In this document: positions 25,810 through 42,756 of the stretch, piece after piece
Position numbering within the stretch: position 1 is the first letter of the stretch
Layout: each line of letters opens with the position of its first letter
From: Balanoglossus misakiensis
Taxonomy: Eukaryota > Animalia > Hemichordata
Length of the DNA stretch: 64,000 nt
Assembly: GCA_040954595.2 (NCBI GenBank)
Contig: CM082587.2
Location: forward strand, 248,001 to 312,000
Reading direction: 5' to 3'
Translations under genes and position numbers: made by a program
The notes under the pieces: generated by a model
Databases searched by the model: none
Told to the model about the DNA's origin: nothing
What the model saw: only the letters and a program-made list of their open reading frames with translations

Positions 25810-26571
25810 GGAACCAGGATTCAGATCTAGATTCGTAGAGCGTCCGAACAGCAGCAATGGCGGTTCAGCATCAACAACAACTTCAATTTATACACGGGGC
25901 CCAATTGTGATTGGTCAAATTCAGTCACATGGTACAATCCAGTGGAAAATTTTGCCAATTTTCGGTGGATTTACCAAGTAAAAATGAAAAATAATGACCA
26001 CTGTTGGTGACATATGCCCTTAGGAGTATCCAAGGGAGATAAAATGGTAAAATGTCTCACTTTTTACCGATGAACTTGCCCACTTTCCGAACGAAATTTG
26101 TACGCGTCACCAACGAGAAAACAAAATGTCAACGTCAGCACGAGCTTTCTGTACGCTGATTGGCCAGACTTGGTCAGCTGATAAAATACCTTCAAATTTA
26201 GCTAAATGACAGACATGTTTCGTCCAAAAACGCATAGATTTTCAAGGGTAACGAAAGACTACATGTTATCCCTGCCATGTGTCCTATTAGAAATGGCTCA
26301 ACTGTGGGAAAAGTACAATATTAGAGGAAAAATACATGCACGCGGGAAAAAATGTTTGCGCATGGGCAAATGTGACGTGTTTTACAGATCATGCGTCGCA
26401 ACCTTTCACCTATCATCCACGCCATTTTCGTTTTCCCGCTGATGCCAGAAATCGTGCACCCTATGTGGTGTATCATTGTTATTTTCACCGGAATATTTCA
26501 ACGCCAGTGGTCTTTTACTTCTTGCAAAAATAAAAAGGTATAACAACTGTCGGAACAGTTGCATGACATAG
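25810..26571. promoter_or_regulatory. Bidirectional promoter and 5' leader region between BET and WDR5
   Basis: Divergent ATGs at 25806 and 27007. CpG-rich. CCAAT/ATTGG boxes near 25900-25914 and 26159-26163, YY1-like CGCCATTTT at ~26420, WDR5 non-coding exon donor AG/GTGAGT at 26571/26572. Confidence 0.65.
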
Positions 26572-27006
26572 GTGAGTATTTTATCATTACCTGCAACTCG
26601 GCGACGATTGTAGCGACCGGGTTTTCCGACCATGCTTCAATCTCGATCTGTTTGCATGCACATGAAAACAAAAGCAATGTGACCCGAGCATCATCAACAC
26701 TGTAATTCGACCGCGACCATGCCCTTCACCATGACTTTGGGAAAGATAAATGACGGGAAAACGTTTGCTAAGCTATTTTGTATTGTTAACTTATGATTGC
26801 GTACGAAGATGTTTATGAATATTAAGAATGAGTAAAATATTGTGTTAATATCATGTCGTGTTAGTCACATCTGAAATCGACACTGGTGACAAGGTTGTGG
26901 TAAACGTTGTATTGCTCTCACATTTGGGATGCTTTTTCAAGGTCAGACTCTGCTAGTACAATTTATAGTATAATCATCATGTGTGTTTATGTTTTTCAGG
27001 TTTGAA

Positions 27007-30142
<3,136 letters not shown>

Positions 30143-32404
30143 GATCAGCAAAGGTCTTAACAACCTTCTCTGTGTACATAGCACTGAACATTTCACATAC
30201 AGATTTCTTGTTTCTGACAGACGTCAATTTCAGGATGGAGGGAACACAGAATTGAAAAAGTGGGCCAAATATTTATGTTTTACTGGCATTTGGTTTTGTC
30301 AGGTGACTGTACCGTTTATTTATATTATTAGGCTGTGCAGTTATCAAGTTTATCACTGAAATTAATGTTTGCTAAACACATTGTGACTGAACGAACACAC
30401 TTGGATGACTCCAATGTTATCTATTTAAAGGGGGCAAAGCAGACAAGTCTTTCTTCATTGTTTTTTTCAAATCTATGAATATGTTGTCTTGCCAACTAGA
30501 TAAATGAACATACTAGAAAAAAATGGCAGCAAGTATTTAAGTTCTTTCAGCTTAATTGTTCCACTGCAGACTGCAGGTGAATTTAATAACGGATCTTCAA
30601 CTCTAGATTAATTTGTGAAAAACATAGGAAACTAATTTGGCATTCTCCAAGTGTGCAAGTATACTTGTATAAAATTGTTTACATATGGACTTGTGTTATC
30701 GTCAGACTATTAAAGTGAATGGGTCTGGCAAGCATTTATTGGCAGGATATAGAAATCTTGTCACTTTTTTATGTAAGGCATTCAAATATTTCCTACAGAA
30801 GTTTCACTTTTTTGGCTACACAGTTGTTTTAGGTATGTGTACCATCAAAGATTTTCAGCATCAATAAAATTTCTCATGAACTACATGTGGCCTAGATAGA
30901 CCTTAATTTTTGTTGATGTGTGAATTTGGCTGACAGAGAGTTGTGTGATGGTAAACTTAAAGAGTTTCATTAGATATGTCACATGACTGTCTCAATGAGT
31001 CACTCTGAAACTGCCTGTTTTCATATGTTCAATGTCATGGCAACATCAAACTGCACTGTACTCAGCTGTCACCAGTTAGGAGGATACATTCATGATAAGA
31101 ATCTATAAGCAATATTAATAACAAGATGTCCCCGTAACAAATCTTAATTAAATGTCAGTTGATAAAGAAGACAAGCCTTGTCTGTTGTCACAAACATGTC
31201 ATTATACCAAGGTACTTCAACATGAAGTGTCAAAACGAGGATTTACAACTGATGATATTGGGGCCATGTCAAATCATTATTGATTACAGCCGACGAAGTC
31301 AATTTGATCTGATAAAGGAAAAAAATGATATCAGACGTCTCTGATGACAACATGCTAGTACCAAACAACGTCTGGAAGTAAAAGGATAGAATTATCATAA
31401 TGTATGTAGCAACATAATGTTCCTCACAGTAACGTAGCCGGACCCTGAATCGAACTGCCAACCCACTTAATTAAAAGCTCTGAGATCCATTATATCACTG
31501 GATGACAGTTGACAGACCCGTTTCTTTGAAGTTTTGTTCCCAGAGATATTAGATGGACTGTGCCTGAGAGAAGTTCGCTTGTATAACTCTATTGTCGCCT
31601 ATTGTTCCTGCAAGTGGACCAATGAGGGCGCTATTCTAGCCTATTCAGCAGTTGTTCGTGAACGGGTGCCAAGCAAGAGACAGGTACGTCGTCGTCCCGA
31701 TGTTTTCTATAACCACCTTATATTGGTGAGGTCAAGCCAGTGGATTTACGACAACCACTTCTGGACCAGTAAACACACAAGGCTAAATCCTAGCAATTCT
31801 CAGCAATTAGCCAATCCATCGCCCAATAACGATTCACCCAAATAATTGTAACCACGATGGTTAGCATCATTCAAATAATTTTAGTCCTTCTTATAATGGA
31901 TCCATTAACTACCAACAACATATTCCTTGCTCCCTATAATTAATAGTCGGCCCTTTCGATTCCTACCCCCATGCAAGGTCTCTCCACACGCACCGTGCTA
32001 TAACAAATATAGATACAAGAAATACACATATACATACTAGTGATGAATTGTCTCTAGTCATTGTACGCGAGACAACATAATCCGACTAGTGATCTAAGAT
32101 TAGCCTTGTTGGACCTGAGTGGTTATCATACGGGGTAAATAAACAAATAAATAAAGAATTACATGAATTCATGCGAAATATGAAACATTGTAGGCCTAAC
32201 TTCACAATTAATGGTACCGAGTCATTGCCCGGCCTCGAATAAAAGTACAAGATGCCTTTACAGTGTTGATGCAAGCTTGCTTATTATATCGTCGCATGGA
32301 ATTGCTCAGATAACAGGTAAATATATTAGAATGTGGCCAAATGTGGTGTATTCATGGACATTCTAGCACGTACGGTTAAGTCTGGTTTGTTCGTTTGTAC
32401 CCTG

Positions 32405-32522
32405 GGTTTTGACAGTATTATTTGATTTTGTATTCTTTGACAATGTTTTACTGCACTGAAATATGGTTTTGACAGTATTATTTGATTTTGTATTCTTTGA
32501 CAATGTTTTACTGCACTGAAAT
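32405..32522. repeat. Tandem duplication with 60-bp period
   Basis: GGTTTTGACAGTATTATTTGATTTTGTATTCTTTGACAATGTTTTACTGCACTGAAAT occurs twice. Confidence 0.9.
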
Positions 32523-34304
32523 GTTCTCAAGCATTACATGCATCATCACCGCTGCGCCGATCCGTTATTATGTTTGCCAGACGCGATCTTCCTTTGACAA
32601 CGTTTTTACTCGTCTAGGGTCTGGGTTTGACGACGCGACGAGAAGTGTGACGTCTTAGTGATGTGATGAGATTTAGTCACTTGACAGAGTGACATTTTGA
32701 AAAAGTCTCATTTGAACACCTGTTTTTACAGACGTGATGGCATGTATACACATTTGTAAATGACATAGTCGTTTGAGTATCAACGATTGTCAAACTGGTC
32801 CATATTGAAATCCCAGACATAAATTATTACAGTTCATAGCGGAATGGTGGGGTACTGCCAAAAACCAACTGAACCCAACAACATGAAATGGTTATGACGT
32901 AATGTGTCCAGAGGATATAACTTTATAAGACGGAACAAAATCCTAATAATTGTATATCGTTGGATCACATTGTGTTGCTAACATCTATACTTAAATTCAC
33001 AAATTCTTCAAAGGTCAACTGTGGTTAAGCCCTGATCGTAGGAGTCGATAAGGTGCATCGATTATTACCACTGTCCGAAAAGCACATCATCAAAGCTGCG
33101 TTGCCATCGCCAGACAAATGTTCGTGTAACTTATCTCTCGTCAAAAAGATATTATATTATATCATATCATATAGGTTCCGCTGCGTCTGAAATCCAGGGA
33201 GGTGAAAATTTTCTCCTGGGTCTGTGGCTTATAAGAGCCTATGCTGCATCACGGTGCAACCGTGCAACCAATTTATCGACATCAGTCAAGCAATGAGCTC
33301 TACTCTTCGTCACAATTGAACGGAAAAGGTTAAACTGCTGACCCCAAAGCAATTGAACCAGATTCAACCAATTCAACTAACAGGAGTGGGCCAATTTATT
33401 TTGTCTCGGTTTTGACGGTTGTACAGCAAAACACGACTTATCAGAACAAGAGATACTTGGACTTGCGAACCGACGCTCATGGTACCAACTAAACAGAGTG
33501 ATAACAACTATTACAATAATAAATCCAAATTTAATAAAGTCAGTCGCACTTTGTAAATGGGGTCTAATTAAATTTGAGAAGGAAATAGTCAGTGCTACGT
33601 TATGTTACCTTGGTGTCAGTGTTCATACCCCAAACTTTGTTGCTGTTGAGCCCTTGTCTGACCAATTCATATTTCATCACGAAGTATAATGCAAAGTAAA
33701 GACAAGTTTAAACCCCAGTCAGTGGATGCCAATTAACGCCGTTCTTTGCACAGGTTCACTGTTGCCCCCATTTATGTTCATACAAACAACTTAAATCGTT
33801 GCGATGGGTTGTTTGACTCGCCTATCCCACCTGAAAATGCAGTCTATCAGAATTTTATAATGTTCTCGCTCCAGATAGGAGCATGAAATATTACTCACTG
33901 TCTGTGTTGATTGATATATAACAATATTTCAAAAAACAATTTACGTGTGGAGTGGTTTAATAACCACCCGTACTCAGAACCCTTTTATTATTAATGTCAT
34001 AAAAGTGTTGCGACCTCACTATTATTGTGTTGTTCGTGTCATTTGATGTATAGCCGTGGATTTAAGCTGAGATTATTATCACGGGTACGTCAGAGTTCAG
34101 CGGTTTCTGACAATGTCCCACCCGTCCAGTAAAGCACACACCAACTGTCGACCATCGTATGCATACTGTCTTTCAACGGCAGCCAATTATTGAAGTATAC
34201 GAAAAAAGAATAAAGATGCGTAGAAATATTTGACAAACACGAGACATCGACAGTAAACCAGGAGCACAACATCAGTGAGAGACTAATGGTCAACACTGAA
34301 CACA

Positions 34305-34412
34305 ACAGACAGACAGACAGGTAGACAGACAGATGAAATAAACAATCGACCGACCAACCGACCAACCAACCAACAAACCAACCAACCAACAAAGAATTTC
34401 AACAACCAACCA
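34305..34412. repeat. Compound microsatellite (ACAG)n/(ACCA)n
   Basis: Runs of AGAC and ACCA/ACCG seen directly. Confidence 0.8.
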
Positions 34413-34960
34413 AAAGATGTTCAATTAATTGACGAAATTGAAAAATAGCAACATGCGGCCTTCGTTGTCTGTTTGGACCAGGTTATTGTTGCATTGGTTA
34501 TTGTTACGAAGAATGTGCTGTGGCTACTGTCCAATAACTCTGCTGTCTCTTATGACGGAAGGTGAAATGATATACTGACAACTAGCAAGTTGCACGATGA
34601 TTGGACAGAATGGAAAGCAACGTGTGAAAGAAACCAATCACATGCGTCAACACACATTAGGTGTAACAAATCACGTATTTCCATATAATCACTAAGCTGT
34701 GTCACCCCAGTATATAGTACATGACAATTTCAGGTAAACCTTCATTCAAGAATACACTGCACTAGTGGAAGTCGCATTACTGGAAGGGTCTATTTTAATC
34801 GCAGCAAGCATTAAAATCGCTCGAAACCGTTAAGTAACCGTGACGTTCAGAAATCAAACCTGCCTCACCTTCATTCACAGGATCGAACTCTAACCATCGA
34901 TGTGCTAATCTTTTTAACGGAACCGCGGAACAAACTTTTTGCAAACAAAAAGCAGAAAGT

Positions 34961-37900
34961 ATGTCGAGATTGCCGGTATCCCCGACACGTTTTCCGTTAT
35001 TCGGAGTGCTTAGCTGCGGCTACGTATTTCTGTTAGTGACATCGAGTCCATATCTCAACGGAAAAACGGCCAGGGCACAATCAAACGATCCAAAATCGGT
35101 GGTTTATGAAAAGAATTTTCACAGAAGCACAGAAGAGGATCTGGGGCCGTGGATCTGGCCTTTCACCGAGAATCAGATCAACGCAATTGTAGATACACAT
35201 AACGACCTCAGACGGATTGTGGAACCAGACGCCTCGGATATGATGAAAATGGTAAGGTGGCAAAGTTGTACTTGTAACAGGTTGTTATCTTAGAAATCTT
35301 TTTCGGGCATTTAGTTCCCTAGGTGTTGGTAAACTCAAATGACAAGTCTAGCACTCTAAACGGATAACAGATCATAAAAGATCATACATGATTGGCTCAA
35401 ATATAAACGAAACCTAAATAATAATTTTAATCCATTTTCCCCACAGTTTAACATTAACTAATACATTAGGCAACCAAATATTCCAGGTCTGTACTGAATA
35501 TATATGTTCACATGCGAATTTCTTTTTATTTTAGGTTTGGGACGAGGAGCTGGCAATGTTAGCTCAAAATTGGTCAGAAGGATGCGTCTTTGCTCATCCC
35601 AGTTACCCAGTTGACTACGGGCAGAATTTAGCCACGCATAGCGAGTGAGTGTGCGTGCGTTGAAAAAGGCATTTGCTATCTGTTGAGGGTCAGATGTTCA
35701 CATTAAACTAAATGTAAAATATGGACAAAGTGGCGCCAGAATGATAACTGTAGTCCGCCATGCCATTCAAAAGGTTGTCACCCTCAAGTAAAGATCTGTC
35801 AGTTACAATTATGAAGGTGGGAGTGGGGCTAGAACTTTAGACTGACTGCCACAAAGCTACTGATGATTGACATGTGTATAACCCGCAAGGCTCCATTTAC
35901 ATTTTTGCATGAATGTTGATAATAAAACGAATCTCGGATTTCAGCATAGTCACAGCTATCTATGCATGGTTCAGCGAAACTGCATATTATGATTATGAAA
36001 CTATGACGTGCGAAGCAGGCAAGATGTGCGGTCATTATACACAGGTATGGTTATGAAACACAAGACATCAACTTGACATTGAACTGTGTATTATTCCATT
36101 AGGTTATCTACGGTCACTTTCTTCTTTTCAACTCCAAGAGAGAATCCAAAATGTTAAATTATTAAAGTCACCTACGCCACCACCACAAACTTCAAATCCG
36201 AAATAATAAAAACTCATTCTAATCGCAAATGCAGGTAGTATGGGCCCCGTCTTACCAAGTAGGTTGTGGAATCGAAGACTGTGGAGTTTGGCACATAACA
36301 ACGTGTAACTATAGACCAGCGTAAGTACAGCATTCATTATCCTACGATGCTTCTAAAAATGTGGTATTGATCGCCTATAGCCACTGCATACTTTGCAAGG
36401 AAGCACGTTTATAAACTCTATGGACACTAGAAATGGGCTCATTATCATTGCTACAAACCATACAGTCACCGTGTGGCTGAAATCGTCATGACCATGTCTA
36501 TTATGAACTGAAACGTATCTTATAAACACCCAATCATGACTGTATTAAGGCCAAGAATATCAATTTTTGCTGATTGTATTGTTCATGTTGTTCTACCTGT
36601 AGGGGCAATTCCCCAGGCAATCATCCCTATCAAAATGGTTACGCCTGTTCCCAGTGTCCCTCTCCAAGCTGGTGTGAAGACAGACTATGTAGTTAGTACT
36701 TTTCAACGCAACTGCTACATTAAATACAAATACTGTGTAAAAACCAAACTGAATGTAAACAGTCGTATACGACACGTGTTAACAAGCTAGAACTTTGAAA
36801 AGTTTTGACTTTGTAGGCTGTATATCGTAGGAACCACGATTGTTCGGTAAGAACCACGGCTATGCATGAAACTGCCTATCTAAGAACCTTGATGATATGA
36901 GAGAGCTATAGAGCGGTAATTGTTAATTTTTAATGAGAAATTATCATCGCATCGACTAAAATTTAGACTTTGTAAAAAAGACAAGTGATTGATCAATTGA
37001 ACAATGTTCATGAAAGTATTTCGTCGAGCCTAAGAGACTGCGTAATTTCATTTTTAGATCCAGAATGCAAAATCGAAGGGAGGCTGAATTGCGGTAAGTA
37101 TTTTAACTTCTGGTGTGATAATCGTCATCTTTACATAATGTTGACTGGAATGGCTTATTTCTCATTGTATTAAAGGGACATTGTGGTAATATGTTAGAGA
37201 AAATTAATATAAGTACTGACAATAGCGTAGCCTACAAAAACATTTATATCTTTCCTTGATACGTGTCATTCCAGATTGTACTCTTTTGTGTCTGAACTGT
37301 GCCGTAACTAACCACGACGAATGTACGTGCTCGTGCAAGCCAGGCTGGATGGGTATCGACTGTGCAGGTAGGAAGTGAAAGCGCCCTCTATCCTCAAAAA
37401 AGCCGCAGAGTTTCTGCTTCTGGTTGCATCAATTCGGGAGTTTGGCGAAATGTTAGCACTATAAGCAAAATATAACTTACCGTTTTTGGTCTCCCTCTCT
37501 CTTCCCAAGATGAATGCGCAGACACGCATAATAACTGCGGGGTGGGATGGCCGGACTTTTTATGTGGTCGACCTGGATGGGAATTCGTTGATGATTTCTG
37601 TGTAGAAATGTGTGGACACTGTGGTAAGAAAATTTTCGTGCTTTTCGTGTTTATTTGGTTTATTCCCGCCCCCAATTACGTTGGCATCGGTATGTTTTTA
37701 ACCACTGAAATTTACTTCAAGATGGCGGATTGTTATCTTTCGCAAATGTCGAAACATCACAGTGTTGCTCACACTTGTGTTATCGTTCTCATTCAGACGC
37801 GGGTCCCTATGATCCAGTAGAGCATTGCTGTAACGGTCTTGAGTGTGCAACCGGTTTGGTGGATGGAAATACTTGTGAATGTCAGTGTTTCGAAGATAGG

Positions 37901-38390
37901 GGAGAGGAACTTTCGTGTGGTAAGATGCGACAGTTTCTAAAGCACAATGGTTGAAATTTCGTTGGCACCAATAACATTGCAGGTTATACATATATGCGAG
38001 GCTATAAAAAGCTACAATCTTACATATGGTTAACCCTTTGGTTCCCATATTGCTTCGATGCATTGTCCATACGATCTATACAATTTTCCCTTCCCAGACC
38101 TACTCCTAACTACAACGCGTCTAACAACATCTCCCGAAAGCACGGTTGTAACCAGGACCGGTCACCCTGCAAGTGACCCAGCCTCAGAATCCAGTAATGG
38201 TGGCCTCGTTTTGGCCTTCGTCATCACCTGTTGCATCATAGCCTACGTCATCCTTGCCGCGTGTCTCACCTGGAAACTGTATCTAAGCAACAATAAAGTG
38301 TACGTAGACGAACGGACTTCCGTTTCAAAGGATTCACCTGTGGATTCGCGGAGTTCGACCGCCCCAATTATTGCCTGGACTAAAAAATAA
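34961..38390 (+). CDS. CAP (SCP/CRISP/GLIPR/PI16-like) domain protein with EGF-like, ShKT and Cys-rich modules, S/T stalk and C-terminal TM helix
   Basis: Approximate exons 34961-35251 (hydrophobic N-terminus; HNDLRR...ASDMMKM), 35535-35644 (WDEELA...YGQNL), ~35946-36044 (AWFSE...CGHYTQ), 36235-36320 (VVWAPSYQVGCG...CNYRPA), 36603-36690 (GN...PYQNGYACSQCP...C), 37059-37093, 37275-37367 (EGF-like), 37510-37623 (ShKT-like), 37797-37919, 38098-38390 (stalk, TM LVLAFVITCCIIAYVILAACLTW, tail). Confidence 0.85.
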
Positions 38391-39600
38391 GTTCAATTGG
38401 TGCGGAATTTTAGTGACAACGTCCCAAATTAAAGCTTTAAGATTCATGAATTTCCGTTTTCTATATCATACCTTGTTAGCCTTGGTGCTCGATAGGTCAG
38501 TCGTCCTGGATTGATAAGAAACCGTTGTACCGGGCTGCCTCTTTTATCGGCAGAGAGGTAACAACTCTCCGCGAAAGTGTCTTGATATCCGTCATATCCA
38601 CATGACATTTTCAAGTATACGCATGCATGTCCGCGGATTTGCGATTTACAGATTCTTGGCCGACAACGCAGACGCTGGCTGTACTTGGTTGATACCAAAC
38701 ACGTGGACCAGTCTTTCTTTCATGGTCAGACAGTTTTGGAAAGAGTGGTGTCGGCTGAAGGCTGGCTCAGCCGACATGACAAACAATATTATAGGCAACT
38801 TACTGTGCATGTTAGTCGAATGGTGACTTTGAGGACAAGAAGAACGTAACTTGCACTCGGATATCAACACATCCAGTGACTCTGAACGCTGGCAGAAATG
38901 GCGACGAGTCGCTGACCACCATCAGCCGTTTGTTTGATTTTGCAATGAACCCGTTTTCACCCAGGTCATCCTCGACACTGATTGGTGCACTCGTTGACAA
39001 ACAACAGATGTTTCACTTGTAATATGCAGATTAGTGTGTGATCCGTCAAATCCATCCAAATAATGTTATTGGCCAATACACAATTGACAGTGTTACACAA
39101 ACATTCAAACGAAGACGACAAATCCGTCCAAAAAAGTAATAAGACATACACACAAGAGTTTTATTTTCGGGTTTTGACATGGACATTTTCAAAGGTGTAG
39201 GATCTTTCATTTGAAATGTTAAAAAACAATAAATACTAAACTTGGCTCCGAATACGCGTTTTCTTTGTTTATTTGGTGTGAAAAAATGTACAATAATACG
39301 ATAAGTCGCTGTTTGTCTTTTTTCTCACCATGCCAAAAAAGCAGTAAACTTACCCCACATTATGCATTATGTTATGTTACAAAGTTGTCAAGAAAAATCA
39401 ACACAAGTTCAGCCTGAGAAACGTTTTCCAGAAGATTCACCTTCAATCGACCAAAACTAGATTGCGCAAATGTTTGCTTTCTATGACTTTTGGTAAAGTG
39501 CTTGCAACGCTTGATAGCTTTCACGTGAACAGTTCGCACCGCTGCTCACTGGTATTACATAAGACTGTCTGTGATCTCCTTCGAATTTTTGTCGCGCCTT

Positions 39601-40703
39601 CTATACTGACACCGCGGAATAAGTCTTCCAACCGAACAGAAAGTATCCGAGGACGAGGCCAGTCAGAACAGAGATGGCCAACCAAGCGTTGTACGTCATG
39701 AATATCAGCATGAGGGCATAAGCCAGAAGCATCTGAACCAAGTGTAATAGTGTCTGCAGAACGTGTTGGATACTACACATGCTTATGCCTTCTGATCTGT
39801 GGGAGAGAAAGCATCCGATGAGCAACAATAGCGTAGACGGATCGAACAGATTAGTCTCTGAGATCTAGACCTGAAAAAGTCACTAAAACGAAAGACAAAA
39901 GTGTTCAAATAGTGCTTTCACAAGCAAAACAGACAAAACCGGCTGAACATCTGATAGTAGAACATCTTGATTCACTATACCATATGGTATCATGCTATAT
40001 CCGTACTTGTTTCCAATATGTTCTATCAAATGTTACGGGATCCGTCACACTATAAAACATTATTTTCAAACGAAATATTTGTCGCAAAAGTAGAAATCTG
40101 TCGAGAACGTATTTGTTTAAAAACCTTATAGCGTGACCATGCAGTAGACGATATCGCAGTTACTATGGCAATGCAGTTTCTGCACATTTCAATTTAACTA
40201 CCAGGCACTGTTTCGGGCTGTCAATGCTTTGTTTTTCTGACCAAATATTACAGGGTGAATTATTCATCTGAATGCATTGGTTACAGTCAGTCAGCTTACC
40301 CGCCTTTCTTGAGTATCGCTTGCCTTTCTGACAAACTTAGGTCGGTCTTACTTGTCTCGCCCTGGTCTTTGTTTTCAAGAGATTTCGTCAGCATGTAATG
40401 CCGTAACATTTTCAAGCCTTCAAATGAAAATGCTAAGAAACACACGACCATGCACGTTATTGCCAATTCTGTAAAGACAACAAATGTTGGTTAATGCAAG
40501 TAGTCACAGACCAACCAACAAGCCAGCCAACCAACCACCCAAAATACATCATTTTAAGTTTTGGCATGCGCATAAGCACCCGAGATGAAAATACAGAGAC
40601 AGGTTACATGCATGGTTCAACTATACTCACGCGTTGGACAGTTTGCTTGCCAGCATTGAAATAGGATGGTAACGTTGGTACTAAAATGGAAGTACATGTT
40701 CAT
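39601..40703 (-). CDS. SLC31A2: Ctr/SLC31 copper transporter, CTR2-like
   Basis: Exons ~40631-40703 (MNMYFHFSTNVTILFQCW), ~40300-40468 (FSFEGLKMLR), 39601-~39796 (HVLQTLLHLVQMLLAYALMLIFMTYN with MxxxM; GLVLG GxxxG; GYFLF). Short N-terminus and no C-terminal HCH favour CTR2-like, but the paralogue call is less certain than the family call. Confidence 0.85.
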
Positions 40704-42756
40704 CTGGAAAAAAAACGTAAAGAAAAATTTAGTTTTTTGTTCTCTGGAAAGAATGTTCCATTGAAACCAGAAAACAAATTTTTAAGGATACGACTTCAAA
40801 CAAGAATATCAAATTAAACTTACTTTGCGCAAAGTGATTAAATTTGAAGCCAATACGAGTATGATGGCTGGAAGCTGGCAAGACCGAAGTTATATCAAAA
40901 TGATATATTTTCTCGAATATCCAGAGATGTGGCGAACCCAGCTACGTGATGCGACCATGCAGTTTGATAATAAAGGTGTCTCGTGATGAAGTTAACTTAT
41001 TTCAATGACACCAGCTGTTTTGTTGGCGTCATGTGACCACTTGACAGGTGATGAATGAGAATAGATGTGTGAACAGTCAGTAGCTGAGGCTTTTTTGACG
41101 AAATGTAATTATATTATTTTGAAGAATACCAAAATAAGGATATAAATACTATGAGTATACAAACACAGCAAGTTCAATGTCACAAGCTTACAGGAGGAAG
41201 AAAGAACCGCTGTCTTCTGCAACTGACAGAATCACCATGGAGTGTTATAAATATTATATACAGCAATAAACACCACCATCACAACAGGATAAAATCAGAT
41301 CTCCCAAACTTTATTTCAGTAAACCCTGTTTTATATTCCCTTAGCCATTACATAAAGTATACCTGTCTTAAAAAACTTTTTTAATATTCCCCAGAAGGCA
41401 CCATTTCTGGAAGGAAAAAAGTCATTCTGTCATAATCTGTGAATATGATGCTGCTGTTGAAATGGTTAAAGAAAATATACACAAATATATCAGAGAAAAT
41501 ATTTTTCCCAATTAAAAACAATAAAAATTCATAATTGTATCCATAGTCAATTAACAGTTGTTTGTGGCTTTCATATTTTTTGTTTTGCGTCAAGGTGTTT
41601 AAAACATTGGATATCAACTAAAAACCTTGGCTTCTCAGCTTTGACTGATTCATCATGGCATACCCTTTCTCAAAGATATTCAGTTCATTTAAGAAGACAA
41701 ACACAAACATTTCTCTGTAGAAAATGAAAGTACACATTTTTTTTTCCAATCAGTTAATGCAGATATGTTTCATTATTCTCCCTTTATATTTGAATAAGAG
41801 CAAATTCTATAAATTCACCTGCTGTCTACAATAAAAGTTGATTTCGACAGTTGTCCAGGAAACTGGTTTACATTATTAAAATTGCAAAGACCAACCTTTT
41901 TGTGCCCAAGTTGTGGGCATAATTTTCAGTGTTGGTTTATAACCATGATATTGCTATATTTTTCTCGATTTCTTTGGATTAAAGAATTTTAATAGCTTGT
42001 AATAAATTATAATTGACCCCTTATCACACAGCTCCTGTCCGCTCTTGGGACAAAGAAAACTTGCATTCTCTGTACAAGATTTTTACCAAAGCACCATGGG
42101 AGTGACCCTTAAATTGACCCCTTCCCATGGTGACCGATCATTTACTTCCTAGTTCATTGACTCAACTGTACTTCCTGGTTCATCCCATGTACTTTGTACT
42201 TATTTCAACAAGCTATTAAAATTGCGCGCTCTCTGAATCATCAAAAAGTGGGTGCTGATTATAAATGTGCCAAAAAGGAATATATTTGGCCTGAAAGTTT
42301 AAAATGTACATCGTATCTATAAGGTGATGAAAAGCAATTGAAACTTTGCCAGAAATTACAACTATGCTGATGTTTTAAGAAACACAAAAATTACAAACTT
42401 GTATGCAACTACCGCTGCAAGCAATATTGGCAGCGATTGTTGTGTAAATAAATATTAGACAATGCCAACACAAGAACAGGAAATACTGTCTTCCATTAAT
42501 TCATATTTAGGTGATCATCCCTTCAAGAATGAACTCTTCAATATTTGAATACATACAAAAATATGACCATCACTGACTTTTATGCCAGACTTTCGGGAAA
42601 AAATCTATACAGAGCTGAGACCCAGTGGAGAACAGTTTAGCGAAATATGTAATTTCTGGACGGGGGACCATTTAAAAAAATAAAATAGGGTTGAGTGTGC
42701 ATGTGTATTAGTTTGATAATTTCATTATTCCCAACTACAGCAGATTAGTAAATAGA

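Noticed and set aside
26591-26633. Alternative BET first exon MVGKPGRYNRRRVA with a GTAATG donor
   Set aside because: A phase-1 donor is incompatible with the phase-2 acceptor at 23865, and it lies inside WDR5 intron 1.
32340-32390. Possible U6atac gene downstream of WDR5 (human RNU6ATAC lies there); CACGTACGGTTAAG resembles part of it
   Set aside because: The 5' GTGTTGTATGAAAGGAGAGAAGGTTAGC core and the rest of the RNA are absent; only a short chance match.
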